From sequence record NC_135729.1: a stretch of 64,000 nucleotides of DNA; one strand, given 5' to 3'. This stretch comes from a phage. This document shows positions 27,263 to 37,314 of the stretch, piece after piece. A program made the position numbers and the translations under genes. Below the pieces are notes generated by a model. It was not told the DNA's origin, ran no database searches, and worked only from the letters and a program-made list of their open reading frames with translations. Position 1 is the first letter of the stretch; each line of letters begins with the position of its first letter.

Positions 27263-27463
27263 ATGGGCAGATGTTCTAAAGGTGGCGATCCTGTAGTCAG
27301 ATACGGTGACTGGCTGGAGGTATATGATCTGGGTGGCAAGCTGGTGTATGCCTCCAGGATCACCCAAGACATGTGCTCCGATATGTTCAACAGATACCTT
27401 GCATTTAAGGCTAACATAAGCCCAGACGAAATTTCCAAAATTAAAACAAGGAGAGCTAAATAA
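27263..27463 (+). CDS. hypothetical protein
   Basis: 66-aa ORF. Confidence 0.35.
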   Translation: MGRCSKGGDPVVRYGDWLEVYDLGGKLVYASRITQDMCSDMFNRYLAFKANISPDEISKIKTRRAK

Positions 27464-28446
27464 TGCTAAAACTGTGCACTGCAAAGATCATTGCTGACAG
27501 CATTTCCGAGAAAGGTAAGCGTATCACCACTTTTGAGCTAGAGTATCCTCGAATTATTCACTCAGAGCTTATGACACATCGAGTGTTCAGCCGAAACGCC
27601 ATGTCTTCCCGTGCAGTGCCTGTCGGCAAGATGCTGCAACAGATTGTGGAGAATCCGGCAATGCCAGTTCGCTTCGGTGTAAATAAGCGAGGGATGGAAG
27701 ATGGTGGAGAACACGATCAAAAGATCCGTGTAGAGTACACTGACATGGAGTTAACTCCTGAAGAATTTTGGAAAGAAGCTGCAAAAAACGCCGCTTGGCA
27801 TGCAGAGAAGTTCGCCCTTGCTGGTTACCATAAGCAAGTATGTAACCGCTTAGTGGAGCCTTTTCAACGCATGAAAACAGTTGTAACAAGCACCGAGTGG
27901 AATAATTTTTTCCACCTCCGTTGCTGGCACGATGCGGATCCTACGATTCAGATGTTGGCTAATTGCATGTGGGAAGCTCTTGTGAATAGCACCCCTGAGA
28001 TCCTTAAACCGGGTCAATGGCACACCCCATATGTAGAGCACGTTTATTTGGACGGAGAGTTTAACTACGCTGTACGTGACACAGAAGGAAAGCTCTGCAT
28101 CCTCGATACTAAAGAAGCTCTGTCTATCAGTGCTAGTTGCTGTGCACAAGTATCTTATCGAAATATTGACAGCACGTTTGAAAAGGCAGACAGTGTGGCT
28201 AAAAAATTGATTGGTGGGGATCGTATTCATGCAAGCCCTTACGAGCACCAGGCAACACCTATGGATCACGATAACGCAATGGAACGTTTAAACTACTACC
28301 TGTCTTCATGTGAAATCACACAAGACATCAGTACTTGGCAGGAAGGTGTAACCCATCAAGATCGTGATGGTAAATTCTGGTCTGCCAACTTTTGTGGGTG
28401 GATTCAGCACAGACAACTGCTTAATAACCACTTCGTGAAAGGTTAA
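27463..28446 (+). CDS. thyX: flavin-dependent thymidylate synthase
   Basis: ThyX signature HRVFSRNAMSSRA (RHRx7SxR-type); 327 aa. Confidence 0.8.
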   Translation: MLKLCTAKIIADSISEKGKRITTFELEYPRIIHSELMTHRVFSRNAMSSRAVPVGKMLQQIVENPAMPVRFGVNKRGMEDGGEHDQKIRVEYTDMELTPEEFWKEAAKNAAWHAEKFALAGYHKQVCNRLVEPFQRMKTVVTSTEWNNFFHLRCWHDADPTIQMLANCMWEALVNSTPEILKPGQWHTPYVEHVYLDGEFNYAVRDTEGKLCILDTKEALSISASCCAQVSYRNIDSTFEKADSVAKKLIGGDRIHASPYEHQATPMDHDNAMERLNYYLSSCEITQDISTWQEGVTHQDRDGKFWSANFCGWIQHRQLLNNHFVKG

Positions 28447-28475
28447 TCCTATCACAGCGATAGGTAATTTTTGTG

Positions 28476-28504
28476 TTGACTAATAGTATTAGATAATCTA
28501 TAAT
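28476..28504 (+). promoter_or_regulatory. sigma70-like promoter followed by 5' stem-loop
   Basis: TTGACT - 17 nt - TATAAT, then hairpin GGCTCACT-ttgt-AGTGAGCC at 28508-28528. Confidence 0.55.
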
Positions 28505-28544
28505 AATGGCTCACTTTGTTAGTGAGCCAGAAATGGAGACAGAT

Positions 28545-29006
28545 ATGAGTAATGTTATGATTCCTAAAAAGACATTTATTTCAGTTACTTTGGATTTCCT
28601 ATCTACTGTTCCCGGGTTTAACGTTCGCACACGAAACGGTCTCCGAGCTGCACTCTTTGCCGTAGGGTTTGATTTAAAAAGTATTGATGTTCTTCGTGGA
28701 AAAAACGTTCGATGCAGAAATAAGCCAACACATTATCGAAAGGCAGATGTATTTGCTGGTGTTATGCGTGCAGACTTTAGATACCCGCAAATGTATAACG
28801 GTGTAGATATTTTAGATGTGGATAAAGCACCCGGTGAGGCAATGCTTGTTCAAGATCTTCCGTATGATATCCCTGTAGAGGATCGTGTTAATGTAAGAAA
28901 GTATACAAAACAATCTGAAAAGGCTGAAGATATTCATATTGTTGATGAACCTTTCAATTTTGAAGATCTGCATCGCCTGGAAAAATTATTCGGTATTGAA
29001 AGCTAA
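28545..29006 (+). CDS. hypothetical protein
   Basis: Start moved to ATG 28545 because the track start lies inside the leader hairpin. Confidence 0.4.
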   Translation: MSNVMIPKKTFISVTLDFLSTVPGFNVRTRNGLRAALFAVGFDLKSIDVLRGKNVRCRNKPTHYRKADVFAGVMRADFRYPQMYNGVDILDVDKAPGEAMLVQDLPYDIPVEDRVNVRKYTKQSEKAEDIHIVDEPFNFEDLHRLEKLFGIES

Positions 29007-29017
29007 GGTGGTGAAGA

Positions 29018-29247
29018 TGAGCCATAACTCCAAGTGGAAGGATCTTGGTTTTGCAAGTCGGGCAGAATATGTTGGTTGGCTTTGGTTCAACGGCCTGACA
29101 AACGATATTAAAATGTATGATGATGTTTATTATGACGAGTATACAGGTAAAATTATAAATATCTCTGTAGAAGAGGATACTTTTATCCAGCAAGATACTG
29201 ATACCTGCCTTGATAAATACGTTAGTGAAGTGGAGGAAGCAAATTGA
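29018..29247 (+). CDS. hypothetical protein
   Basis: ATG 29018 preceded by AAGGTGGTGAAG; stop overlaps nrdA start. Confidence 0.4.
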
Positions 29248-31559
29248 TCACCAAGGTAATTAAAAGCAACGGATGTGAAGTGGCATTCGATCCAGAACGT
29301 TTAAATAAGGCAGCTATTTTCGGTGACGACGGTAACGGCAATTGGTCACACATTGCACTGGATGCATACAAACGACTGTATGATGGATGTACAACCAAAG
29401 AAGTTAACCAAGCTATCATAGACTCCTGTGTTAGCCGTAAAGACGAAGAACATTCCCGTATGGCTGGTCGTGTTCTTATTGGTCAGATTTATAAAGAGGC
29501 TTTTGGAGGGTTTACAAAGATCCCTTCCTTACCATCATTTTACAATACCATGGTTGAGAAATGGTATTGGGAGGATATGGGCTATAGCTTTACCGAGCTA
29601 AACACTTTAGACGCTGTTATTGACCACAGTAAAGATCTCGGTTATGGCTATGCAGTCCTTAAACAGTTTCGCGACAAATACGGGATCAAGGATACTCTTA
29701 AAGACACCTTGTTTGAATCTCCCCAGATGATGTTTATGGGGATAGCAATGGCTGTCATGAAGAATATGCCGAAAGAACGTCGTATCAACGATGTTGTAAA
29801 ATTATACACTTATCTGTCCGACTTAAAGATCAATGCCCCGACACCGTACTTAAACGGGCTGCGCACAGGTAAGACAGGGTATGCATCTTGTTGTGTAATA
29901 AAAGCTGATGATACAGCAAAATCTATTGGTGTGGCACGTGAAGTTGCGTACACAATGACGGTTAACCAAGCAGGTATCGGCTACTATTTATCATCAAGAT
30001 CTGCAGGCGATGGTGTTCGTGGTAACACTATTAAACACATGGGTAAGATTCCATATTATCGAGGTATTGATGCTGGGGTTAAGGAGAACAGACAACAATC
30101 ACGTGGCGGTTCTGCAACAGTATCATTCCTTGCACTAGACCCGCAGATTGATGAGCTAATCCGTTTGAGAAACCCTATGACTGTTGCTTCAAAAAGAATC
30201 AACACCATGGACTACTCTATAGGTATTAATAGGTCGTTTATCAACCGTGTGGCTAAGAATTTAGATTGGATGCTTGTTTCTTATAAGCACGCGCCTCAAC
30301 TGCATGAAGGTATCTTCACCATGCCTATGGAGGAGTTTGATGCAGAGGTTGATCGTATCGCTAAAGATGACAGTATTCCTAAAACATGGATCCGAGCTAG
30401 AGATCTTGCTGTTGAACTGCTCACGCAGCGTATTGAGGTTGGAAGGCTGTTCGTATACTGGACAGACGAGATGAATAGACATACACCTTTTAAAGATGTG
30501 ATCTATTCAAGTAACCTGTGTGCAGAAATAGCCCTCCCGACAAAAGGCTATTCAGATATGCGTAATATCTTCAAGCACGATGTTGATGATGGCGAAGTTG
30601 CATTGTGCTTCCTGTCATCACTTGTAGCTGGAAGGGTTACCCCAGAGGAGTATGAGGATGTTGCATATTACACGGTGCTTATGATTGACAATGTTATGGA
30701 AATCATGACATATCCGTATGAAAATATGGAGAGCACTGTTAAAAAACGCAGATCCATCGGAGTTGGCCTTACCAATGTTGCACATTTTATTGCCAGCCAC
30801 AAGGTTACTTACGGATCTCCTGAAAGTAAACAGCTTGTTCACGATCTTGCAGAACTTCACAGCTACAGCTTGCATAAGGCAAGTTTACGGTTGGCAAAAG
30901 AGCGTGGTGTCTGCGAGTGGATGCATAAAACAAAATATCCAGAAGGTTGGTTACCAATCGACACCTATAACAAAGAGGTCGATAGCGTGGTGAAAGATCC
31001 TTCTCTTAAACAGGATTGGGAAGGGTTACGTAAAGAAATCATTGAAAATGGTGGGCTACGTAATAGCGTTCTTGAAGCATATATGCCTAATGAAAGCTCT
31101 TCGCTGGCAACAAACACCACTAATGGGGTTTATCCTGTCCGTGAGCACATTATCTTTAAAAAATCGCCACAAGGGCAGGTGCTGTTTATCGTTCCTGACT
31201 ATGATGAGTTGAAAGAGTATTACACCTCGGCTTGGGACGTTGATACTAACGACATGATCGATATGTATGCTGTGATTCAAAAATTCACAGGTCAGGCAAT
31301 CAGCGCGGATTTATACATAGACTACACCAAGTTGAAAGATGGTAAAATTTCAATGAAGGAGCAGCTAGGGTACCTTATCCGTGCCACTAAATTCGGGATG
31401 AAGACATGGTATTATTTAAACTCCAGGGTTGGTGCTGGTGACTCCTTGGCAGAGGAACTTCATGCCAAGAAACAGGCTGAAGATGAAACCAGAAAGAACT
31501 ATCCTTTGATTGCAGATAGTTCAGTTGAAGATCCGTATTGCGAAAGCTGTGCACTATAA
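29244..31559 (+). CDS. nrdA: ribonucleoside-diphosphate reductase alpha subunit (class Ia)
   Basis: 771 aa; ATP-cone-like N-terminus VIKSNGCEVAFDPERL; upstream of nrdB; TTG start. Confidence 0.85.
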   Translation: MITKVIKSNGCEVAFDPERLNKAAIFGDDGNGNWSHIALDAYKRLYDGCTTKEVNQAIIDSCVSRKDEEHSRMAGRVLIGQIYKEAFGGFTKIPSLPSFYNTMVEKWYWEDMGYSFTELNTLDAVIDHSKDLGYGYAVLKQFRDKYGIKDTLKDTLFESPQMMFMGIAMAVMKNMPKERRINDVVKLYTYLSDLKINAPTPYLNGLRTGKTGYASCCVIKADDTAKSIGVAREVAYTMTVNQAGIGYYLSSRSAGDGVRGNTIKHMGKIPYYRGIDAGVKENRQQSRGGSATVSFLALDPQIDELIRLRNPMTVASKRINTMDYSIGINRSFINRVAKNLDWMLVSYKHAPQLHEGIFTMPMEEFDAEVDRIAKDDSIPKTWIRARDLAVELLTQRIEVGRLFVYWTDEMNRHTPFKDVIYSSNLCAEIALPTKGYSDMRNIFKHDVDDGEVALCFLSSLVAGRVTPEEYEDVAYYTVLMIDNVMEIMTYPYENMESTVKKRRSIGVGLTNVAHFIASHKVTYGSPESKQLVHDLAELHSYSLHKASLRLAKERGVCEWMHKTKYPEGWLPIDTYNKEVDSVVKDPSLKQDWEGLRKEIIENGGLRNSVLEAYMPNESSSLATNTTNGVYPVREHIIFKKSPQGQVLFIVPDYDELKEYYTSAWDVDTNDMIDMYAVIQKFTGQAISADLYIDYTKLKDGKISMKEQLGYLIRATKFGMKTWYYLNSRVGAGDSLAEELHAKKQAEDETRKNYPLIADSSVEDPYCESCAL

Positions 31560-31565
31560 TTTTAA

Positions 31566-31588
31566 AGGGGCTTCGGCCCCATTTTAGA
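31566..31588 (+). terminator. weak terminator-like hairpin
   Basis: GGGGC-ttcg-GCCCC followed by ATTTTA. Confidence 0.3.
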
Positions 31589-31598
31589 GGTTAGAATA

Positions 31599-32687
31599 AT
31601 GGCTGTATTTAATGCTGAGAACACCGCTCATAAAACTGGTGACTATCCGCTGTTTCTGGGACAGCAAATGGGTATGTACGACTCTATCAACAAAAAATAT
31701 CCACAACTGTTTGAACTATACAAAAAACAAAAAGAACAAGACTGGGCAGAGGATGAAGTGGATTTGTCGCAATCTATTTCAGATTTTGTAACATGCTCAA
31801 AGTCAACTTATGACGTGATGGTGCAGACCTTGATGTGGCAATGGGAGGCTGATAGCGTTGCGGCAAGATCTATCATTTGTCTGTTTTCACCATTTATCAC
31901 CAATAGTGAGCTTTTCACTCTATTGATGAAACAGTCAGAGATTGAAGTTCTTCACGCACTAACTTACTCAGAGATTGTTAGACAATGCCTCCCCAATGCC
32001 CGTGAGATTATAGAAGAGATTCAGGAAAACCAAAACGTTCTGAGCAGATCCGGCGTTATTGTCAAATATATGCAAGAGCTTGAGGTTATTGGTGCAAAAT
32101 ACCGACTGGATCCTTCTAGTGTTGAAGAAGATGTTGTGCGGAAATGCATTCTTAGAGCGCTTTTTGCACTTTTAGCTCTGGAGAGTATTGAGTTTATTGC
32201 AAGTTTTGCATGCACTTTCGCAGTAGCTGAACAGGGTATCTTTGTTCAGGTGGCGCAGCTTGTTCAAAAAATCATGCTTGACGAAATGCTACATTCGAAA
32301 GGTGATTTTGCCATCATTGATATCCTGCTTAATGATCCCGCATGGGAGAAAAGCTTCCTTGAGATAAAAGGGGAGTTAAAAGAGATTCTTGATGAAGTAC
32401 GAACCAAAGAGTACGGTTGGAGTGACTATATTTTCAGCGAAGGAAGAGCGATTATAGGTCTTAACTCACCGTTGCTTAAAGAATGGGTTGACTATAACTG
32501 CTCACCGATTTATGATTACTACGACATCGACAAAGACTTTGTGCCGCCAACAAAGGACCCTCTACCGTTTATGCAGGTGTGGATGAAACCTTCATTGCAA
32601 CAGACGGCTAACCAGGAAATGTCGAACACTGACTACCGAGTCAACACAACTGTTAACGACGCTGAAGAAGAAATTTGGGAGTTTTAA
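31599..32687 (+). CDS. nrdB: ribonucleoside-diphosphate reductase beta subunit
   Basis: 362 aa directly after nrdA; ferritin-like helical protein with conserved Glu/His-containing helices. Confidence 0.8.
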   Translation: MAVFNAENTAHKTGDYPLFLGQQMGMYDSINKKYPQLFELYKKQKEQDWAEDEVDLSQSISDFVTCSKSTYDVMVQTLMWQWEADSVAARSIICLFSPFITNSELFTLLMKQSEIEVLHALTYSEIVRQCLPNAREIIEEIQENQNVLSRSGVIVKYMQELEVIGAKYRLDPSSVEEDVVRKCILRALFALLALESIEFIASFACTFAVAEQGIFVQVAQLVQKIMLDEMLHSKGDFAIIDILLNDPAWEKSFLEIKGELKEILDEVRTKEYGWSDYIFSEGRAIIGLNSPLLKEWVDYNCSPIYDYYDIDKDFVPPTKDPLPFMQVWMKPSLQQTANQEMSNTDYRVNTTVNDAEEEIWEF

Positions 32688-32690
32688 TAC

Positions 32691-32969
32691 ATGAGCTGTG
32701 AAAAATCTTTTTTCTTTATTATTTACGGTAAAGATAACTGCCCACATTGTGTAAGAGCAAAAGAATTTGCAGTCAGTAAAGGTCTGCCTTTTGTATATAA
32801 GACACTTGGAGAGGGATACACAAAAGAAGAGCTTATTGAGAAGTGTAGTCCAATCGTCCCAAGAACGTTACCGCAGATCTTCTTAGAAAGCGATCTTGAT
32901 AGTGTCCATGTAGGTGGTGCCGACGATTTCATCTCTTTTGTTAAGAATGATTTTGGAGAGAAAAAGTGA
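32691..32969 (+). CDS. glutaredoxin/NrdH-like redoxin
   Basis: CPHC active site (YGKDNCPHCVRAK); 92 aa; between nrdB and nrdD. Confidence 0.65.
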   Translation: MSCEKSFFFIIYGKDNCPHCVRAKEFAVSKGLPFVYKTLGEGYTKEELIEKCSPIVPRTLPQIFLESDLDSVHVGGADDFISFVKNDFGEKK

Positions 32970-35089
32970 AAGTTGTAAAACGGGACGGCAGAGAAGAGGT
33001 CTATAACGGAATTAAGGTGATCAAGGCGGCAGAGTCCGCCTTACTTGAGTCTGGACATACTGAAGAAGAAGCTTACCGGATCTCCTGTGCGGTTAATGAA
33101 GTTGTTGCTAACAATCTACCAACCGATCAGTGCACGATCTCTGTAAAAAATATCCATATCCTTGTTGAAGATGCTCTTATGGATATGGGTTTAAAATGTG
33201 CAGCCAGAGAATACATCCAGTATAGGCAGACAAGAGATAATAACAGAGAGGCAGGTGGAAAACTGCTTGCAGATATTAGTGGCTTCTTGGATCGCACTTG
33301 TGATGAATTTACAAAAGAAAACGCAAATAAGCCTACCAATCATGTACACACTCATCGTGACCTGCTTGCAGGCATCCTTAGCAAACACCTTGCATCAACA
33401 CAGATCCTGCCAGACCGTGTCTCAGAAGAGCACAATAAAGGCTTCATCCATGTGCATGATCTTGACTACTTGATCAGTCCGTTAACAAACTGTTGTTTGG
33501 TAAATTATCCAGATATGTTGGAAAACGGATTCAACATTGGCAACGCCCATGTCAGTAAGCCGAAGTCAATAGGGGTTGCAACAACAATCCTTAGCCAAAT
33601 CTCTAGTGCAGTAGCTAGTGCTCAATATGGAGGTCAGACTATGAGCCATATTGATCATTATCTGGCACAGTATGCTGAGGCGACCTATGAGAAGAATCTT
33701 AAATTTTGCCAGGAACACTGGTTGCCAGATGCTGAGACTGTTGCAATGCAAATGACAGATAAAGACGTATTTGACAGCATGCAGACTTTGCTCTATCAAA
33801 TCAATACGTTAACCTCTGTCAACGGGCAAACTCCATTCATCACATTAAGTTTAGGACTGGATACCTCGGTCTTTGGTAGAATGATTACCAAAAACTACTT
33901 GAAAGTCCACAAAATGGGTCTTGGTGAAGAACGTATCACACCTGTGTTCCCTAAAGTGCTGTTCTTCCTAGAAGAGGGTGTCAACATGAGCCCTGGAGAT
34001 CCCAACTATGATTTGAAACGATTAGCTCTGGAATGCTCTGCAGAGCGGATTTATCCTGACTTTGTTTCTGTTCCACTAAATCGTAAAGTGACAGGCTCGA
34101 CAGATGGCAAAGTAACGAGCATGGGTTGCCGGAGTTTTCTTAGCAAATACAATGACTTGGAAACAGGCGAGGAGAAATACCTTGGTAGATTTAACTTAGG
34201 CGTTGTTAGCCTTAACCTGCCAATGATTGCGGCAAAAGCTAAAACGGAAGGTGTTGATTTCTTTGCAGTTCTTGACGAATACCTGGATCTTGCATACGAG
34301 GCTCACCTTGTAAGGGTTAACCGTCTAAAAGGAACAAAGGCAGGGCAGAACCCTATCATGTGGTGTGAAGGCGCTCTTGCTCGCCTGGATCCTGAAGAGA
34401 GTATTGATAAACTCTTCTATGACGGGTACGCTTCCATCAGTATTGGGTATATTGGTGTGTATGAAACCTGTCAGATTTTGGGCAGAGAGGGTGACAAGGC
34501 TTTAGCTCTTGGAATCCTTCAGCACATGAAAGATGCTTGTGAGAGATATAAGAAGGAAAGTGGACTAGCATTTAGCTTGTACGGCACCCCTTCTGAGAGT
34601 TTATGCTATAAAGCTGCAACCTGTCTGGATCGTGAATATCCAGAAGTGTTGAAGCACGAGCATGAATACCTCACCAACAGTTTCCATCAGCCAGTATGGA
34701 TCAATAGTTCACCTTTTGATAAGTGGAAGTATGAAGAAGGTTTTGCTATGATCTCTTCTGGTGGCAACATTGGATATATAGAGACACCTAACCTGAAAAA
34801 CAACCTGGATGCTTTAGAGGCTCTTGTTGACTTCGGGTATAAACACATTATGTATTTTGGTATTAACCAACCTGTGGATAAATGTCTCAAGTGTGGTTTC
34901 TCTGGTGAGTTCAGTGCAACAGCTAAAGGCTTTGTATGCCCAGAGTGTGGAAACCATGAGGAGGGAACGATCAGTGTAATTAGACGTGTGTCTGGATACC
35001 TTTCCAGTCCTAACTCCCGTCCTTACAATAAAGGTAAGCAAGCGGAAGTTATAGAACGGGTTAAGCACTATGGAAGTTGTAGTTGCTGA
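32966..35089 (+). CDS. nrdD: anaerobic ribonucleoside-triphosphate reductase (class III)
   Basis: 707 aa; C-terminal zinc ribbon CLKCGF..CPECG and glycyl-radical motif RRVSGYL. Confidence 0.85.
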   Translation: MKVVKRDGREEVYNGIKVIKAAESALLESGHTEEEAYRISCAVNEVVANNLPTDQCTISVKNIHILVEDALMDMGLKCAAREYIQYRQTRDNNREAGGKLLADISGFLDRTCDEFTKENANKPTNHVHTHRDLLAGILSKHLASTQILPDRVSEEHNKGFIHVHDLDYLISPLTNCCLVNYPDMLENGFNIGNAHVSKPKSIGVATTILSQISSAVASAQYGGQTMSHIDHYLAQYAEATYEKNLKFCQEHWLPDAETVAMQMTDKDVFDSMQTLLYQINTLTSVNGQTPFITLSLGLDTSVFGRMITKNYLKVHKMGLGEERITPVFPKVLFFLEEGVNMSPGDPNYDLKRLALECSAERIYPDFVSVPLNRKVTGSTDGKVTSMGCRSFLSKYNDLETGEEKYLGRFNLGVVSLNLPMIAAKAKTEGVDFFAVLDEYLDLAYEAHLVRVNRLKGTKAGQNPIMWCEGALARLDPEESIDKLFYDGYASISIGYIGVYETCQILGREGDKALALGILQHMKDACERYKKESGLAFSLYGTPSESLCYKAATCLDREYPEVLKHEHEYLTNSFHQPVWINSSPFDKWKYEEGFAMISSGGNIGYIETPNLKNNLDALEALVDFGYKHIMYFGINQPVDKCLKCGFSGEFSATAKGFVCPECGNHEEGTISVIRRVSGYLSSPNSRPYNKGKQAEVIERVKHYGSCSC

Positions 35090-35092
35090 TAC

Positions 35093-36112
35093 TTGACAGA
35101 AGCCACAAGGATGTGGCATACTTGGCTAATCTATGAGAACCAAGAGGGATCAAAGATGCCTAGAGGAAAACAACTTACAACTGAAGAATTTACAAAAAGA
35201 GCTAGAGAAGTACATGGCGATAAATATGACTATTCAAAAACCGTATATAAAACTGCTAAAAGTAAGGTTGTAATTGTATGCCCTGTTCATGGTGAGTTTA
35301 CGCAGATCGCTGGACATCATATCCTTGACGGTAGTGGGTGTCCTAAGTGTGGTAGAGTGCCAGTAGGCAATAAGCTTAGAAACGATTCTAGTGATATTAT
35401 CAAAAAATTTGTAAAAATCCACGGTGACACCTATGATTATTCTAAGGTTGAATATGTTAACTATAAAACTCCTGTAAAAATTGTATGCCCTGAGCACGGA
35501 GTGTTCTTGCAATCCCCATCTAACCATTTGAAAGGCCAAGGGTGCCCTGAGTGTAGTAAACTCATTAGCGCAGCAAAAAGGAATAAAGGCCCTGAATTCA
35601 TAGAAAGAGCCAAAGAAATCCATGGCGATAAATATGACTACTCTTTTGTAGATTATATGACTTGCGAAGATAAGGTAGAGATAATCTGCAACACTTGTGG
35701 AAATCACTTCACCCAGACACCTTCTTGCCACCTGTCTGGTCGTGGATGCCCTAAATGTGCCAAAAACGGTTTCTTATCTCACAACTATGGGAAGCTTTAC
35801 CTCATGGTTGATAACTTAGAAGCGCCAACACTTATGAAGATCGGTGTGAGCGTCAATGTAGAAGCGAGGAAGGGAAGGATATTAAGAGCATCCAAGAAGG
35901 CTGGTGCAGGTATTTATGATCTCCACATAGTAAAAACATGGGGCGGATCGACTGAAAACATGCTGAGTGTAGAAAAATCTGTGCATGAAGCCTTCAATAA
36001 GTATAAAATAAACTTCTCTAAAGTATTTAGTGGAAGCACTGAATTCTTTCACTACAGACCTGAAGTGTTTAGCATAGTGGAAGCAGTATACAAAGAGATC
36101 TGTGGTAAATGA
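35093..36112 (+). CDS. homing-endonuclease-like protein (repeated Zn-ribbon modules)
   Basis: Four repeats of HGDKYDYSK..V.CP.HG.F.Q..H..G.GCP.C; C-terminal EFFHY segment; inserted between nrdD and nrdG; probable start ATG 35156. Confidence 0.45.
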   Translation: MTEATRMWHTWLIYENQEGSKMPRGKQLTTEEFTKRAREVHGDKYDYSKTVYKTAKSKVVIVCPVHGEFTQIAGHHILDGSGCPKCGRVPVGNKLRNDSSDIIKKFVKIHGDTYDYSKVEYVNYKTPVKIVCPEHGVFLQSPSNHLKGQGCPECSKLISAAKRNKGPEFIERAKEIHGDKYDYSFVDYMTCEDKVEIICNTCGNHFTQTPSCHLSGRGCPKCAKNGFLSHNYGKLYLMVDNLEAPTLMKIGVSVNVEARKGRILRASKKAGAGIYDLHIVKTWGGSTENMLSVEKSVHEAFNKYKINFSKVFSGSTEFFHYRPEVFSIVEAVYKEICGK

Positions 36113-36164
36113 TCGTAGAAAGATACACATGTCTTAAATATGCTATTAACTAAGGAGGTGCAGT

Positions 36165-36281
36165 ATGTCATCGGGTATCTATAAAATCTGCAAGTGCGGT
36201 TGTCATTGTAATCTTCGTTGGTGCAAGGCACTGGACGATTTTATTTGGCATTGCCCTAAATGTGATGCGGAGTATCTATGA
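36165..36281 (+). CDS. small zinc-ribbon protein (38 aa)
   Basis: TAAGGAGGTG before ATG; CKCGCHC and CPKC pairs; stop overlaps nrdG ATG; below ORF-track size cutoff. Confidence 0.35.
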   Translation: MSSGIYKICKCGCHCNLRWCKALDDFIWHCPKCDAEYL

Positions 36282-36751
36282 ATATTGCCGGATACACAGA
36301 AATATCTTACACCGAAGGGCCAGGTATTAGAACTGCCTTATGGGTATCTGGGTGCCCACACGCTTGCCCTGGTTGCTTTAATCAGGCATTTTGGTCAAAA
36401 GATAAGGGGAGAGAGTTTACTGAAGAAGACTTGCAAAAAATCTTGTCAGATTTAGATAACCCGTCTGTGTGCGGTATCTCTCTGCTGGGTGGAGAACCCT
36501 TAGCATACTATAATGAGCCAGATATTATTAGCCTGATGGAGAAAATTAAGGAAAAATTTGGTGACAAGAAAACTATTCTTGTATATACTGGGTTCACATT
36601 TGACCATATCTCTAGTGATGTTCTTAAACTGGCTGATATCATCATTGACGGTAAGTATGTAAAAGATTTACCAACCAAGAAACCGTTCCGAGGTAGCGAT
36701 AACCAAAGAATGTTTAAAAAAGTAGCAGGCGGTTGGGTCCAGGTAGACTAG
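36278..36751 (+). CDS. nrdG: anaerobic ribonucleotide reductase activating protein (radical SAM)
   Basis: CPHACPGCFN radical-SAM cysteine motif; 157 aa. Confidence 0.8.
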   Translation: MNIAGYTEISYTEGPGIRTALWVSGCPHACPGCFNQAFWSKDKGREFTEEDLQKILSDLDNPSVCGISLLGGEPLAYYNEPDIISLMEKIKEKFGDKKTILVYTGFTFDHISSDVLKLADIIIDGKYVKDLPTKKPFRGSDNQRMFKKVAGGWVQVD

Positions 36752-36754
36752 TTG

Positions 36755-36784
36755 TTGACAAAGCTTTGTTTAGATAGGTATAAT
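36755..36784 (+). promoter_or_regulatory. sigma70-like promoter
   Basis: GTTGTTGACAAA - 18 nt - TATAAT. Confidence 0.6.
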
Positions 36785-36815
36785 TATCGTAAAATGAAAG
36801 CAGAGGAGGTGCCAA

Positions 36816-36929
36816 ATGGCTAAAAAAGCCTTGAAGAAGGCGTACAAGAAAGAGATTGCGCTTGAGCTTAAGAAAAAACACAAGCGTGAAAAGAAACATC
36901 ATGAGGATGAAGAGGGGGTGCAACAGTGA
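36816..36929 (+). CDS. small Lys-rich protein (37 aa)
   Basis: AGAGGAGG Shine-Dalgarno; MAKKALKKAYKK...; below ORF-track size cutoff. Confidence 0.3.
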   Translation: MAKKALKKAYKKEIALELKKKHKREKKHHEDEEGVQQ

Positions 36930-37276
36930 CACAAGAACGTATCGATTTGGCTAATAAGTTTGTAGATCTCATTTTGCCACGGTTAGTTACTCAACATGCA
37001 GATGCTATTTCTACTAATCTTGATGGCTTACGCCTAATGCTGAATCGCACAGATGACCCTCGTATTCGGGCTGATTTAGAAGCCTCTGCCAACAAACTGG
37101 AAAAGTTCTTGCAAGTAGACACGCAAGAAGCCTTGCACAAGATTATGGTGGAAGGTTTCTCTAAAGAATTTACCATTAAAGAGCTTAAGGAGCTGATCCA
37201 CCAAGAAGAGATGAATATCCGAGTTCAGGCTGTTGCAAGCAGCATGGAAGCGGCTATTGAAAAACTGTTGCAGTAA
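36926..37276 (+). CDS. hypothetical protein
   Basis: 116 aa; GTG start after GAGGGGG. Confidence 0.4.
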   Translation: MTQERIDLANKFVDLILPRLVTQHADAISTNLDGLRLMLNRTDDPRIRADLEASANKLEKFLQVDTQEALHKIMVEGFSKEFTIKELKELIHQEEMNIRVQAVASSMEAAIEKLLQ

Positions 37277-37314
37277 AAGTACTTGGCACATCTCAATCTG
37301 AAAGGAGTCCCAAC

